The notes beneath the pieces were generated by a model. The model ran no database searches, was not told where the DNA came from, and saw nothing but the letters and a program-made list of their open reading frames with translations. Shown one piece after another: positions 1-6,311 of a stretch of DNA of 6,711 nucleotides. The translations under genes and the position numbers were made by a program. Numbering within the stretch: position 1 is the stretch's first letter; the number at the start of each line of letters is the position of its first letter. Source of the DNA: Candidatus Heimdallarchaeota archaeon B3_Heim (GTDB lineage Archaea; Asgardarchaeota; Heimdallarchaeia; Hodarchaeales; Hodarchaeaceae); contig NJBF01000090.1 of the NCBI GenBank assembly GCA_003144275.1, forward strand, positions 1 to 6,711, read 5' to 3'.

Positions 1-818
1 TTCTTTGACTTTTCCAGCAGGTTAGTTCCTATTTCATGATGTATCAAATCTATCAATCCATCCGGATGACCAGGATTATAATAAAAATTATAACGCGTCG
101 GCCCCAGATTATTGGCGGAAGGCGCAGTGAGATTAGCGGTTGTCAATACAATTTCGAATTTGTCTCCTGGAAATTTTTGCTTAAGATGATTTTCCCATTT
201 TTCTATACTTCGTGTACCTTTAAATTTTTCTGTTAATAATCGGGCAGTATCTTCCAGCTTTTTTCTTTCGATAGGCCATACATTCTTTTCATAGGCATCA
301 TAATTCCTTAAAACAATATCGGAAAGTTTGAAAAATTCATTTTTAAAATTATCCTTAACTTTCCAAAAATCGTCAATAAATCCGTCAGGTACTGCCGACT
401 CGGGATAAGTTTCATTAAAGTGTTTAAAATTTTCTTTTTCTATAAAACAGTCTTGTACCAAATGAAAATATTTTTCCATCTCTGTTTTATCATTTGTAAT
501 TCGAGCGGGTAAAAAAAACAAAATGCTTGTTAATGGTCCGGTTTGTCCGGTTCCCCAGGCAATAAAATTCCGGTTGCTTCTAATGTAATCAATGTCCTCT
601 TTGATAACATATTTTGAATATTTACTACGATATTCGGGATTATTCTTTTTATTATCTTTCCAAACCTCCCCGATAACAAAAAGATGGATAAGATAATTTG
701 GTACTATTTCAATAGTTCCGATAATTTCTTTTTCCTGCGTATATATCGCGTCATTTGAAAAAAGACTATTTTGAAAAATTAGAAATGAAACAAAAAAGAT
801 GATAAAAAATCGCTTCAT
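1..818 (-). CDS. Hypothetical secreted protein, 3'-partial (272 codons in window), with an HEIGTN zincin-like motif near the window edge
   Basis: Manual translation of the minus strand from ATG at 818 has no stop down to position 3: MKRFFIIFFVSFLIFQNSLFSNDAIYTQEKEIIGTIEIVPNYLIHLF...APSANNLGPTRYNFYYNPGHPDGLIDLIHHEIGTNLLEKSK. RBS AAGGAG at 830-825 (minus). The N-terminus has a basic (KR) plus hydrophobic Sec-type signal peptide. Confidence 0.85.
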   Translation of the reverse strand, partial: MKRFFIIFFVSFLIFQNSLFSNDAIYTQEKEIIGTIEIVPNYLIHLFVIGEVWKDNKKNNPEYRSKYSKYVIKEDIDYIRSNRNFIAWGTGQTGPLTSILFFLPARITNDKTEMEKYFHLVQDCFIEKENFKHFNETYPESAVPDGFIDDFWKVKDNFKNEFFKLSDIVLRNYDAYEKNVWPIERKKLEDTARLLTEKFKGTRSIEKWENHLKQKFPGDKFEIVLTTANLTAPSANNLGPTRYNFYYNPGHPDGLIDLIHHEIGTNLLEKSK

Positions 819-882
819 GATATTCTCCTTTAAAAATGATTGTTTTATTAGTTTTTAGCAGAAGTTCTGATTAGATGGAAAT

Positions 883-962
883 CAACTTAGAACTTAAGGA
901 AACATCTTTCAACTCAAACTTAGAATCAGACATTAAATACAACCTGAACTTGAGAAACATCT
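883..962. repeat. Degenerate intergenic direct repeats
   Basis: CAACTTAGAACTTAAGGAAACATCT (883-907) resembles CAACCTGAACTTGAGAAACATCT (940-962); AACTTAGAA occurs at 884-892 and 917-925. Confidence 0.45.
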
Positions 963-1080
963 GCATTCAAAGTCACAATTAGCAAATCAAACCATCCAAT
1001 AGAGCAACCAGACCGTAGAAACCATACGAGATTAAGATACCTGTATATTCTACTGCAAATTTATGTATAATATGATTGTT

Positions 1081-1108
1081 TTGCAATAAAGAACAGATAC
1101 CATATAAT
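1081..1108 (+). promoter_or_regulatory. Candidate sigma70 promoter (-35 TTGCAA, 16-nt spacer, -10 TATAAT)
   Basis: TTGCAA at 1081-1086 and a perfect TATAAT at 1103-1108; a second TATAAT at 1066-1071. The region is AT-rich, so a chance match is possible. Confidence 0.4.
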
Positions 1109-1112
1109 TGAT

Positions 1113-1195
1113 AAATTCCATAAGTTCGTTTACACAAAAATGTCATAACATCGTTTACACTCTAAGTTGAACAAAATACCAAAAGATCGTTTACA
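1113..1195 (+). repeat. Three 22-bp direct repeats, putative transposase-binding sites at the IS left end
   Basis: AAATTCCATAAGTTCGTTTACA (1113-1134), AAATGTCATAACATCGTTTACA (1138-1159), AAATACCAAAAGATCGTTTACA (1174-1195). Pairwise identity 18-19/22 with an invariant TCGTTTACA core; 56 nt upstream of the transposase ATG. Confidence 0.75.
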
Positions 1196-1251
1196 TTTTA
1201 CGATTATAAGTTCTTTGAAATATTGTTTATTCGTCATTAAAATTTAAAACT

Positions 1252-1776
1252 ATGAATGACGAAATTATACTAAGGAAACAGGCAGTTGAATTGCATCTTA
1301 AAGGTTTCAATAAATCAGAAATAGCAGAGAAATTAGGAAAATCTCGCCAATGGGTGCATAAATGGATCGGAAGATACCTTCAAATTGGAGGAGATTCATG
1401 GTATAAGTCTCTTTCAACAGCACCAGGCAAGATAATCAATAAGACTAAGGGTGAGATAGAAGATTTGGTCGTTAGTATCCGTACAGCGTTAGATGGACAA
1501 AAGTACTCTCAAAAAGGAGCTTTAAGCATCATGTATGAGTTTAAACGGATAGGAATAACACCACCATCTATCACGACAATCAATAGGATATTAAAGCGTC
1601 ATCATCTTGTTGGAGAAAGTATGAATAAAATGGTAAAAAAAAAGATTATCCAGATTATTATACTCTCGTTCAGCAGATGGATCTGGTTGGCCCAAAATAC
1701 CTTGCTGGAGGCTTCCGTTTTTACATTTTGGATATTATTGATACGGAAAATCATTATGCAGGAGTTTATCCTTTGA
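1252..1776 (+). CDS. IS481-like transposase, N-terminal DNA-binding part (real coding to ~1643; the rest of this ORF is out-of-frame tail)
   Basis: RKQAVELHLKGFNKSEIAEKLGKSRQWVHKWIGRY is a helix-turn-helix; a second HTH-like segment PSITTINRILKRHHL follows. Both are typical of IS481/IS3-type transposase N-termini. Confidence 0.8.
   Translation: MNDEIILRKQAVELHLKGFNKSEIAEKLGKSRQWVHKWIGRYLQIGGDSWYKSLSTAPGKIINKTKGEIEDLVVSIRTALDGQKYSQKGALSIMYEFKRIGITPPSITTINRILKRHHLVGESMNKMVKKKIIQIIILSFSRWIWLAQNTLLEASVFTFWILLIRKIIMQEFIL
1635..1644 (+). other. A9G slippery run joining the two transposase ORFs (-1 shift)
   Basis: Frame 0 reads GTA AAA AAA AAG. The -1 frame opens only at 1629 (TAA at 1626-1628) and reads GKKKDYPDYYTLVQQMDLVGPKY into the catalytic domain. 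Confidence 0.75.
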
Positions 1777-2285
1777 AGGATAAATCTTCCAAGTCTATTG
1801 CAGGCGCCCTTATTGATTTTTGGGCAACCTACAGTATGCCAGACTATCTCCAGATAGACAACGAACTCTCTTTTCGGGGAAGCAATCGTTATCCACGAAG
1901 TTTGGGGTTAGTTTTACGATTAGCATTATCATTGGGTATTACTCCGATATTTATACCTCCTGCGGAGCCTTGGAGAAATGGTATCATTGAAAAATTTAAT
2001 CACAATATGTTGAAATATTTCTTTTCAACACAAAGGTTTAGTACTCTTAACGATATCGAACAAAAGGCCAGGGAGTTTTCAGGTTTCCATAACCAAAATC
2101 ATCGTTATTCTTCTCAAGGAGGGAAAACGCCCAATATGCTTGTAGATAAATCAAATATTTACAAACTAACCAAACGAATAAACTTAGATAAACCAATCCC
2201 TTTAGAAGAAGGAAAGATTATCTTCATCCGTTTCATAAGAAGTGACAATGTGCTTAAAATACTTAATAGTAAATTTCGGCTATAG
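1677..2285 (+). CDS. IS481-like transposase, integrase-core (rve, DDE) part; C-terminus truncated by IS1595
   Basis: DDE motifs QMDLVG, LQIDNELSF and PWRNGIIEKFN, then HNQNHRYSS. The last residues RL and the TAG stop (2283-2285) are supplied by the IS1595 TIR. Confidence 0.85.
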   Translation: MDLVGPKYLAGGFRFYILDIIDTENHYAGVYPLKDKSSKSIAGALIDFWATYSMPDYLQIDNELSFRGSNRYPRSLGLVLRLALSLGITPIFIPPAEPWRNGIIEKFNHNMLKYFFSTQRFSTLNDIEQKAREFSGFHNQNHRYSSQGGKTPNMLVDKSNIYKLTKRINLDKPIPLEEGKIIFIRFIRSDNVLKILNSKFRL

Positions 2286-2298
2286 TCTAAATTAGCGT
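2278..2298 (+). repeat. IS1595 left terminal inverted repeat
   Basis: GGCTATAGTCTAAATTAGCGT; 18/21 match to the reverse complement of 3344-3364. Confidence 0.9.
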
Positions 2299-2326
2299 GT
2301 GATTTTGTATATTTGTAGAAAAAACA

Positions 2327-3355
2327 ATGGATAAAGAAAGTATAAAACAAGCCTTACTAGATATGCCAGATAAGGAACGGGAAGCATTAATTTACGAGGT
2401 ACAACAAGAGAGCAATATCCAGTCAAAAGTTATAGAGGCTCGAAGAAATAAGCTTGACAATAAACAAGGTACATGCCCCCATTGTGGTAGCTGTAAATAC
2501 ACCATGTATGGAACAGATAAAGGCAGTAAAAGATACAGGTGTAAGAGTTGTAAGCGCACGTTTACAGAATATACAGGTACATGGATGGCAAGGATACACA
2601 AAAAGCATCTAATTGGAGAATATATGAAACTAATGGAACAGGAAAAGAGCCTTGACAAAATAAAAAGTCACTTGGGTATAAGTAAACAGACAGCATTTGA
2701 CTGGCGACATAAGATTTTATCAGGAATAGAACATTCGGATAAAGGGACATTTCAAGGCATTACAGAAAGTGATGATACATTTTTTCTTCACTCAGAAAAA
2801 GGCTCGAAACATATTAGCAGAGCACCTCGCAAACGAGGAGGAACAGCTAAAAAGAGAGGAATTAATAATGAACATGTTTCAGTATTGGTAACGGCAGACC
2901 GGGTTTCAGAAATAGATCTCACAGTTGTAAGATTAGGACGAATAAAGAAAAAAGACATTAATCAGGCTATAGGTGATCGAGTTTCAGAGCAAACGATATT
3001 ATGTAGTGACAGTCATGTAAGCTATAGAGGATTTGCAATAGACAAAAAGATTGAGCATCATCCGATTCGGGCTGATTTAAAGCAATATGTAAAGAAAAAG
3101 ATTTATCATGTTCAACACGTAAATTCGATAGATAGCAGGTTAAAAAAATGGATAGAAAGTAGATTCGGTGGTGTATCTACAAAATATTTGCAGAAATATT
3201 TAAATTGGTTTAGAACAAAAGAAATACTGAAAGAATCGAATAACTTTATAGAAGAGTTCACATTAAAATCCCTGGAGGATTTGTCTGCTTGGGCGAAATT
3301 TAAAGCTATTCCTGATTTATTTCAGAAATTAATGCACTTTGCAACGCAAAATTAG
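2327..3355 (+). CDS. IS1595-family transposase
   Basis: Zinc ribbon CPHC...YRCKSC, HTH region (ISKQTAFDWRHK), catalytic motifs ITESDDTFF, ILCSDSH and HVQHVNSIDSRLK (Asn at the third catalytic position, as known for IS1595 subgroups). The stop codon lies inside the right TIR. Confidence 0.93.
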   Translation: MDKESIKQALLDMPDKEREALIYEVQQESNIQSKVIEARRNKLDNKQGTCPHCGSCKYTMYGTDKGSKRYRCKSCKRTFTEYTGTWMARIHKKHLIGEYMKLMEQEKSLDKIKSHLGISKQTAFDWRHKILSGIEHSDKGTFQGITESDDTFFLHSEKGSKHISRAPRKRGGTAKKRGINNEHVSVLVTADRVSEIDLTVVRLGRIKKKDINQAIGDRVSEQTILCSDSHVSYRGFAIDKKIEHHPIRADLKQYVKKKIYHVQHVNSIDSRLKKWIESRFGGVSTKYLQKYLNWFRTKEILKESNNFIEEFTLKSLEDLSAWAKFKAIPDLFQKLMHFATQN

Positions 3356-3364
3356 ACTAAAGCC
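3344..3364 (-). repeat. IS1595 right terminal inverted repeat
   Basis: ACGCAAAATTAGACTAAAGCC on the + strand. Confidence 0.9.
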
Positions 3365-3366
3365 CA

Positions 3367-3450
3367 CAGAAATTGGCTAATGCTGCTATTCAATCTTATG
3401 AGGCAAAAAAAGCAGTTCAGGCAGCGAATAAAGCAATAGGGAAAATATAA
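3367..3450 (+). pseudogene. 3' remnant of an unidentified gene cut off by IS1595
   Basis: Open frame from the IS end: QKLANAAIQSYEAKKAVQAANKAIGKI* with no start codon. Its TAA (3448-3450) is 1 nt before the next ATG (3452), which suggests translational coupling. Confidence 0.6.
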
Positions 3451-3451
3451 A

Positions 3452-3976
3452 ATGTTTGAAGATTATTTAATTGATAGTTATTCTTTTTATTTGGAAGGAA
3501 ATAGTTGCACCGAAAGCCGAAAAGCTAAAAGGTATTTCAGAGCAAGTATCTTTTATGCAGCTGGCAGCATTGAAGCATTCGCTAATTATTTGGCAGATAC
3601 TTTTAATCAAGGAAACAGTTTGACACAATTTGAAATTGCTTTCCTGCTTGATAAGAAAATTGTTTTTGATAACGAAAAGATTGAAGTAAAGCAAAGGATT
3701 GAATATCATCGAATAGAAGATAAATTAAAAATATTGATTAAAAAATTCGTAAAAGAATTTGATTTCACCTCAAAAGATTGGTCTCACTTTATGGAATTTA
3801 AAAAATTTAGAGATCGGCTTGTTCATCCTCATGATTCAGAAGATGAAATTCAAATTAAAGAGTATGAAAATATAATAAAGCGAGGACTATCATCAATCAT
3901 AAATATAATGAACACTATTTCAAAAGGAATTTTCAGGAAACCTTTACGAAAGCAATTATTAGATTTGATTCCGTAA
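3452..3976 (+). CDS. Stand-alone HEPN-domain protein (putative RNase)
   Basis: Predicted helical 174-aa protein with an upstream Glu (GSIEAFAN) and an RX4H motif (FRDRLVHP), the usual HEPN signature; followed 12 nt after its stop by an attC. Confidence 0.75.
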   Translation: MFEDYLIDSYSFYLEGNSCTESRKAKRYFRASIFYAAGSIEAFANYLADTFNQGNSLTQFEIAFLLDKKIVFDNEKIEVKQRIEYHRIEDKLKILIKKFVKEFDFTSKDWSHFMEFKKFRDRLVHPHDSEDEIQIKEYENIIKRGLSSIINIMNTISKGIFRKPLRKQLLDLIP

Positions 3977-3988
3977 TTTTAATCAGCG

Positions 3989-4086
3989 TTATAACAAATC
4001 GCTCAACCTGACCGAAAACGCGGTCGGTGAATTTAGATAAGTTAAGTTTTGTAAGCGTTTTCGGCAGGTTTGCTCCACCGTAAGAC
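3989..4086 (+). other. attC site 1 (98 bp), R' core mutated to GTAAGAC
   Basis: R'' TTATAAC 3989-3995. AACCTG(A)CCGAAAACGC 4005-4021 pairs with GCGTTTTCGGCAGGTT 4055-4070 with one extrahelical base. R' GTAAGAC 4080-4086. Confidence 0.85.
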
Positions 4087-4114
4087 ATAAAAAATAAAAT
4101 GAAATAATTTATTT

Positions 4115-4384
4115 ATGATTTCAGAAATTGATAAAAAAACTATACAGGACATTTCGGAAAAATATCATGCAAGGCGAGTGCTACTATTCGGTTCTGCCTT
4201 AGATTCTGAAGAAGAAAGTCATGATATTGATATTGGAGTCGAAGGAGTTCCTTCTAAAGATTTCTTCAGATATTACGGAGAATTAATGCTTACTCTTTCC
4301 AAACCCATAGATATCATAGATCTCTCTGGAACATCAAAATTTATTGATATGATTAAAAAGGAGGGAATTCCTTTGTATGGCTGA
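4115..4384 (+). CDS. mntA: Minimal nucleotidyltransferase (MNT) antitoxin, type VII TA
   Basis: 89 aa; [20 protein letters not shown] is a GS-X9-DXD pol-beta-type motif, with a later PIDIIDL strand. Overlaps the HEPN gene by 8 bp. Confidence 0.88.
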   Translation: MISEIDKKTIQDISEKYHARRVLLFGSALDSEEESHDIDIGVEGVPSKDFFRYYGELMLTLSKPIDIIDLSGTSKFIDMIKKEGIPLYG

Positions 4385-4793
4385 TTACAAGATGCGCATC
4401 GAAGCTGAATATGAAGCTATAGAGAAAACTCTCGCTTCACTTCCACACCGGCCTCTTTCTCAATTATCAGAACTGGAACTCGCAGGTGTAGCTACATTAT
4501 TACATAATTTTTATAACGGCATTGAAAATATTCTTAGACAGGTATTTCAAGTAAAAGGTTTAAAGATTCCTGAAGGTTTATCTTGGCATAGAGATTTATT
4601 GATACAATCAATGGATAAAGGTATTATCTCAAAAAAAGTCGTTGATAAACTTAAGGATTATTTAGCGTTCAGGCATTTTTTTAGTCATGCCTACGCTCTC
4701 GATCTTCATCCTCAAAGACTTGAACCATTGATGGAAAATATTTCAAAATTATTCGAGGAGTTTAAAAATGAAATAAATAAAATTATTGTCTAA
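4377..4793 (+). CDS. hepT: HEPN RNase toxin (HepT-like), type VII TA
   Basis: 138 aa; [11 protein letters not shown] and FRHFFSHAY (RX4HXY, including the Tyr that MntA adenylylates in characterised systems). The stop codon lies within the attC2 R'' box. Confidence 0.88.
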   Translation: MADYKMRIEAEYEAIEKTLASLPHRPLSQLSELELAGVATLLHNFYNGIENILRQVFQVKGLKIPEGLSWHRDLLIQSMDKGIISKKVVDKLKDYLAFRHFFSHAYALDLHPQRLEPLMENISKLFEEFKNEINKIIV

Positions 4794-4855
4794 CAAATCA
4801 TTAGAGAAAGACCAAAATCGCCGGCGATTTTGGCTGTTCAATTCAACCGTTAAGA
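4788..4855 (+). other. attC site 2 (68 bp)
   Basis: R'' GTCTAAC 4788-4794 overlaps the hepT stop. Perfect central palindrome CCAAAATCGCCGGCGATTTTGG 4812-4833, imperfect L boxes, R' GTTAAGA 4849-4855. Confidence 0.85.
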
Positions 4856-4868
4856 AAGGAGTTAAAAA

Positions 4869-6227
4869 ATGAAAAAAGTATTCACAAAAGTTATGGGGCT
4901 GATAGTAACAATTGGCTTCATGTTTTTTTTAAGTGTCATATCCACACATGCCCAATCTTTTATTAAAATAGCCAGAGAAACAGGTGTTACCGTAAAAGAG
5001 GAAGGAAATGTAAAGATATGGGAAGGTCCTGTCGCTGGAAAAATGAAACCAAATGGGTCCCTTACCGGGAAAACGATTGGTGTCCTTGTTGCCAGTGAGT
5101 TTAGTGATTTCCAGGCGCATTACATTGCTTCTTACGCGAGTGAATTTGGCGGAAAAGTCGAATTTCTCCTTGTAGATTGGGTCAAATGGAAGTTTACAAG
5201 GCCCAATGTTAAAACCAAAGGTGTCCAAGGCATGTGGGGTATGAGCATTGAGAAGAAAGATGCCCGGTATACTGCTAAACCCTTGAAAGAAGCAGATTCT
5301 AATAATTATGATGCCCTGGTTGTTCTCGGTGGACATTCTGCTGATGTCATGATGACCGAGGTAGAAGTAATCGACTTTATTAAAGCCGTTTACAACAAAG
5401 GAGCTATCGTCGGCGCCATTGGCGGTGGTTCGATTCCATTGATTAGTGCCGGTATCATGAACGGGAAGATGGCTACGGGCAACAAGGTTGTTTCCTTCAT
5501 GCTGAAAAAAATCGGTACGTTCAAGAATGTCCCGGTCATTAAAGATGGCCAGGTCATTACAGCTCGGAACACGGTTGACACACCTGATTTTGTGCGAGAG
5601 CTGTGCAAAGCCTTTGACCCAAATTTTATCCCAAAGAGGAAAGGGATTCTTGCAGGAAAAAGGGTTTTGGTGATTGCCGGCGAAGATTTTGAGGATATTG
5701 AGCTTGCTGTCCCTGTCATGGAATATATTTACCGGGGGGCAAAAGTTATACTAGCAACATTCATACCGCCCATGCGCTCCAGGCCTCCGATGTTGGGTTT
5801 AGATGTAGTTCAGGGCAATTTTGGGATGTCTGTACCACTCCAGGAAATACCATTGAGCTATTACCAAATTACAAAACTTTCCGAGATTGATATGAAAGAT
5901 TTTGATGTGGTACACATCCCTGGTGCATTTTGTCCTTGGAATATGATAGTATCGGGCAAGCCAGTTGAATTTCTTAAAAAAGCCCATGATGCAGGAAAGA
6001 TTATCGCAGCCATATGCCATGGTCCCATTGCTGTGGCGGCCGCAGATTTGGTGAAAGGCAAGAAAATCGCGGGGTGGCTCGCCTGCAAAGATGCGGTGAA
6101 GATCATGGGGGGTACCTATAACTATGATTGGTCGGCTGTTATCGATGGCCAAATCGTGACTGGCCGGATACCACCTGATGTACCTGAGTTTCTCGATGCT
6201 ATTACAGAAGCTGTTTTGATCCCATAG
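4869..6227 (+). CDS. DJ-1/PfpI (class I glutamine amidotransferase-like) protein with signal peptide and two tandem domains
   Basis: RBS AAAGGAG 4855-4861; signal peptide ending STHA|Q. Domain 1: GKTIGVLVASEFSDFQ...YDALVVLGG...GAIGGG. Domain 2: GKRVLVIAGEDFEDIE...FDVVHIPG...AAICHGP...DGQIVTGR. Confidence 0.92.
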   Translation: MKKVFTKVMGLIVTIGFMFFLSVISTHAQSFIKIARETGVTVKEEGNVKIWEGPVAGKMKPNGSLTGKTIGVLVASEFSDFQAHYIASYASEFGGKVEFLLVDWVKWKFTRPNVKTKGVQGMWGMSIEKKDARYTAKPLKEADSNNYDALVVLGGHSADVMMTEVEVIDFIKAVYNKGAIVGAIGGGSIPLISAGIMNGKMATGNKVVSFMLKKIGTFKNVPVIKDGQVITARNTVDTPDFVRELCKAFDPNFIPKRKGILAGKRVLVIAGEDFEDIELAVPVMEYIYRGAKVILATFIPPMRSRPPMLGLDVVQGNFGMSVPLQEIPLSYYQITKLSEIDMKDFDVVHIPGAFCPWNMIVSGKPVEFLKKAHDAGKIIAAICHGPIAVAAADLVKGKKIAGWLACKDAVKIMGGTYNYDWSAVIDGQIVTGRIPPDVPEFLDAITEAVLIP

Positions 6228-6311
6228 GAATATGTTAATTTCCTATTATCTTATTTTCATCAGAAAATAGAAGAGAAATACGGAGTGAGAATGTGCTGGC
6301 TGGCTACAGAC

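Larger units (their letters stand above)
1109..2277 (+). mobile_element. IS481-like insertion sequence, right end missing (left boundary approximate)
   Basis: HTH + rve transposase gene, subterminal 22-bp repeats preceded by TG at 1109, and the sequence is cut at 2277 by the IS1595 left TIR. No matching right end was seen in the window. Confidence 0.65.
2278..3364 (+). mobile_element. IS1595-family insertion sequence (1087 bp, probably ISPna2-like), complete, no target-site duplication
   Basis: 21-bp imperfect TIRs: GGCTATAGTCTAAATTAGCGT versus the reverse complement of 3344-3364, GGCTTTAGTCTAATTTTGCGT (18/21). They enclose one transposase ORF. The flanks TAAATTTC and CACAGAAA do not match. 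Confidence 0.92.

Noticed and set aside
36-236. 66-aa + strand ORF from the track
   Set aside because: Antisense shadow of the long minus-strand gene (1-818), which has an RBS and signal peptide; no RBS or recognisable motif of its own.
1113-1195. Possible mini CRISPR array
   Set aside because: Gaps between repeats are only 3 and 14 nt, the repeats are not identical or palindromic, and no cas genes are present.
1-1250. Integron integrase (intI) upstream of the array
   Set aside because: The only long divergent frame encodes a signal-peptide protein with no tyrosine-recombinase R-H-R-Y motifs; no intI is visible in the window.
1612-1615. GGAG as an internal Shine-Dalgarno frameshift stimulator
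   Set aside because: It lies about 22 nt upstream of the heptamer, farther than the roughly 10-14 nt typical for -1 stimulation.
2159-2750. Four short minus-strand ORFs (2159-2350, 2392-2658, 2423-2608, 2562-2750)
   Set aside because: Antisense to well-supported transposase genes, with no motifs; one crosses the IS junction.
3467-3709. 80-aa minus-strand ORF as an antisense antitoxin of the HEPN gene
   Set aside because: Fully nested shadow ORF with no RBS or motif.
4099-4107. ATG AAA TAA mini-ORF 7 nt before mntA as a translational-coupling aid
   Set aside because: Expected by chance in such AT-rich sequence, and it has no RBS.
4812-4833. Perfect 22-bp palindrome as a rho-independent terminator
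   Set aside because: No U-tract follows, and it is the centre of an attC with R''/R' boxes at the expected positions.
4929-6152. Four minus-strand ORFs (4929-5336, 5390-5719, 5799-6152, 5861-6106)
   Set aside because: Shadows of the DJ-1/PfpI gene, favoured by its higher GC content; no recognisable domains.
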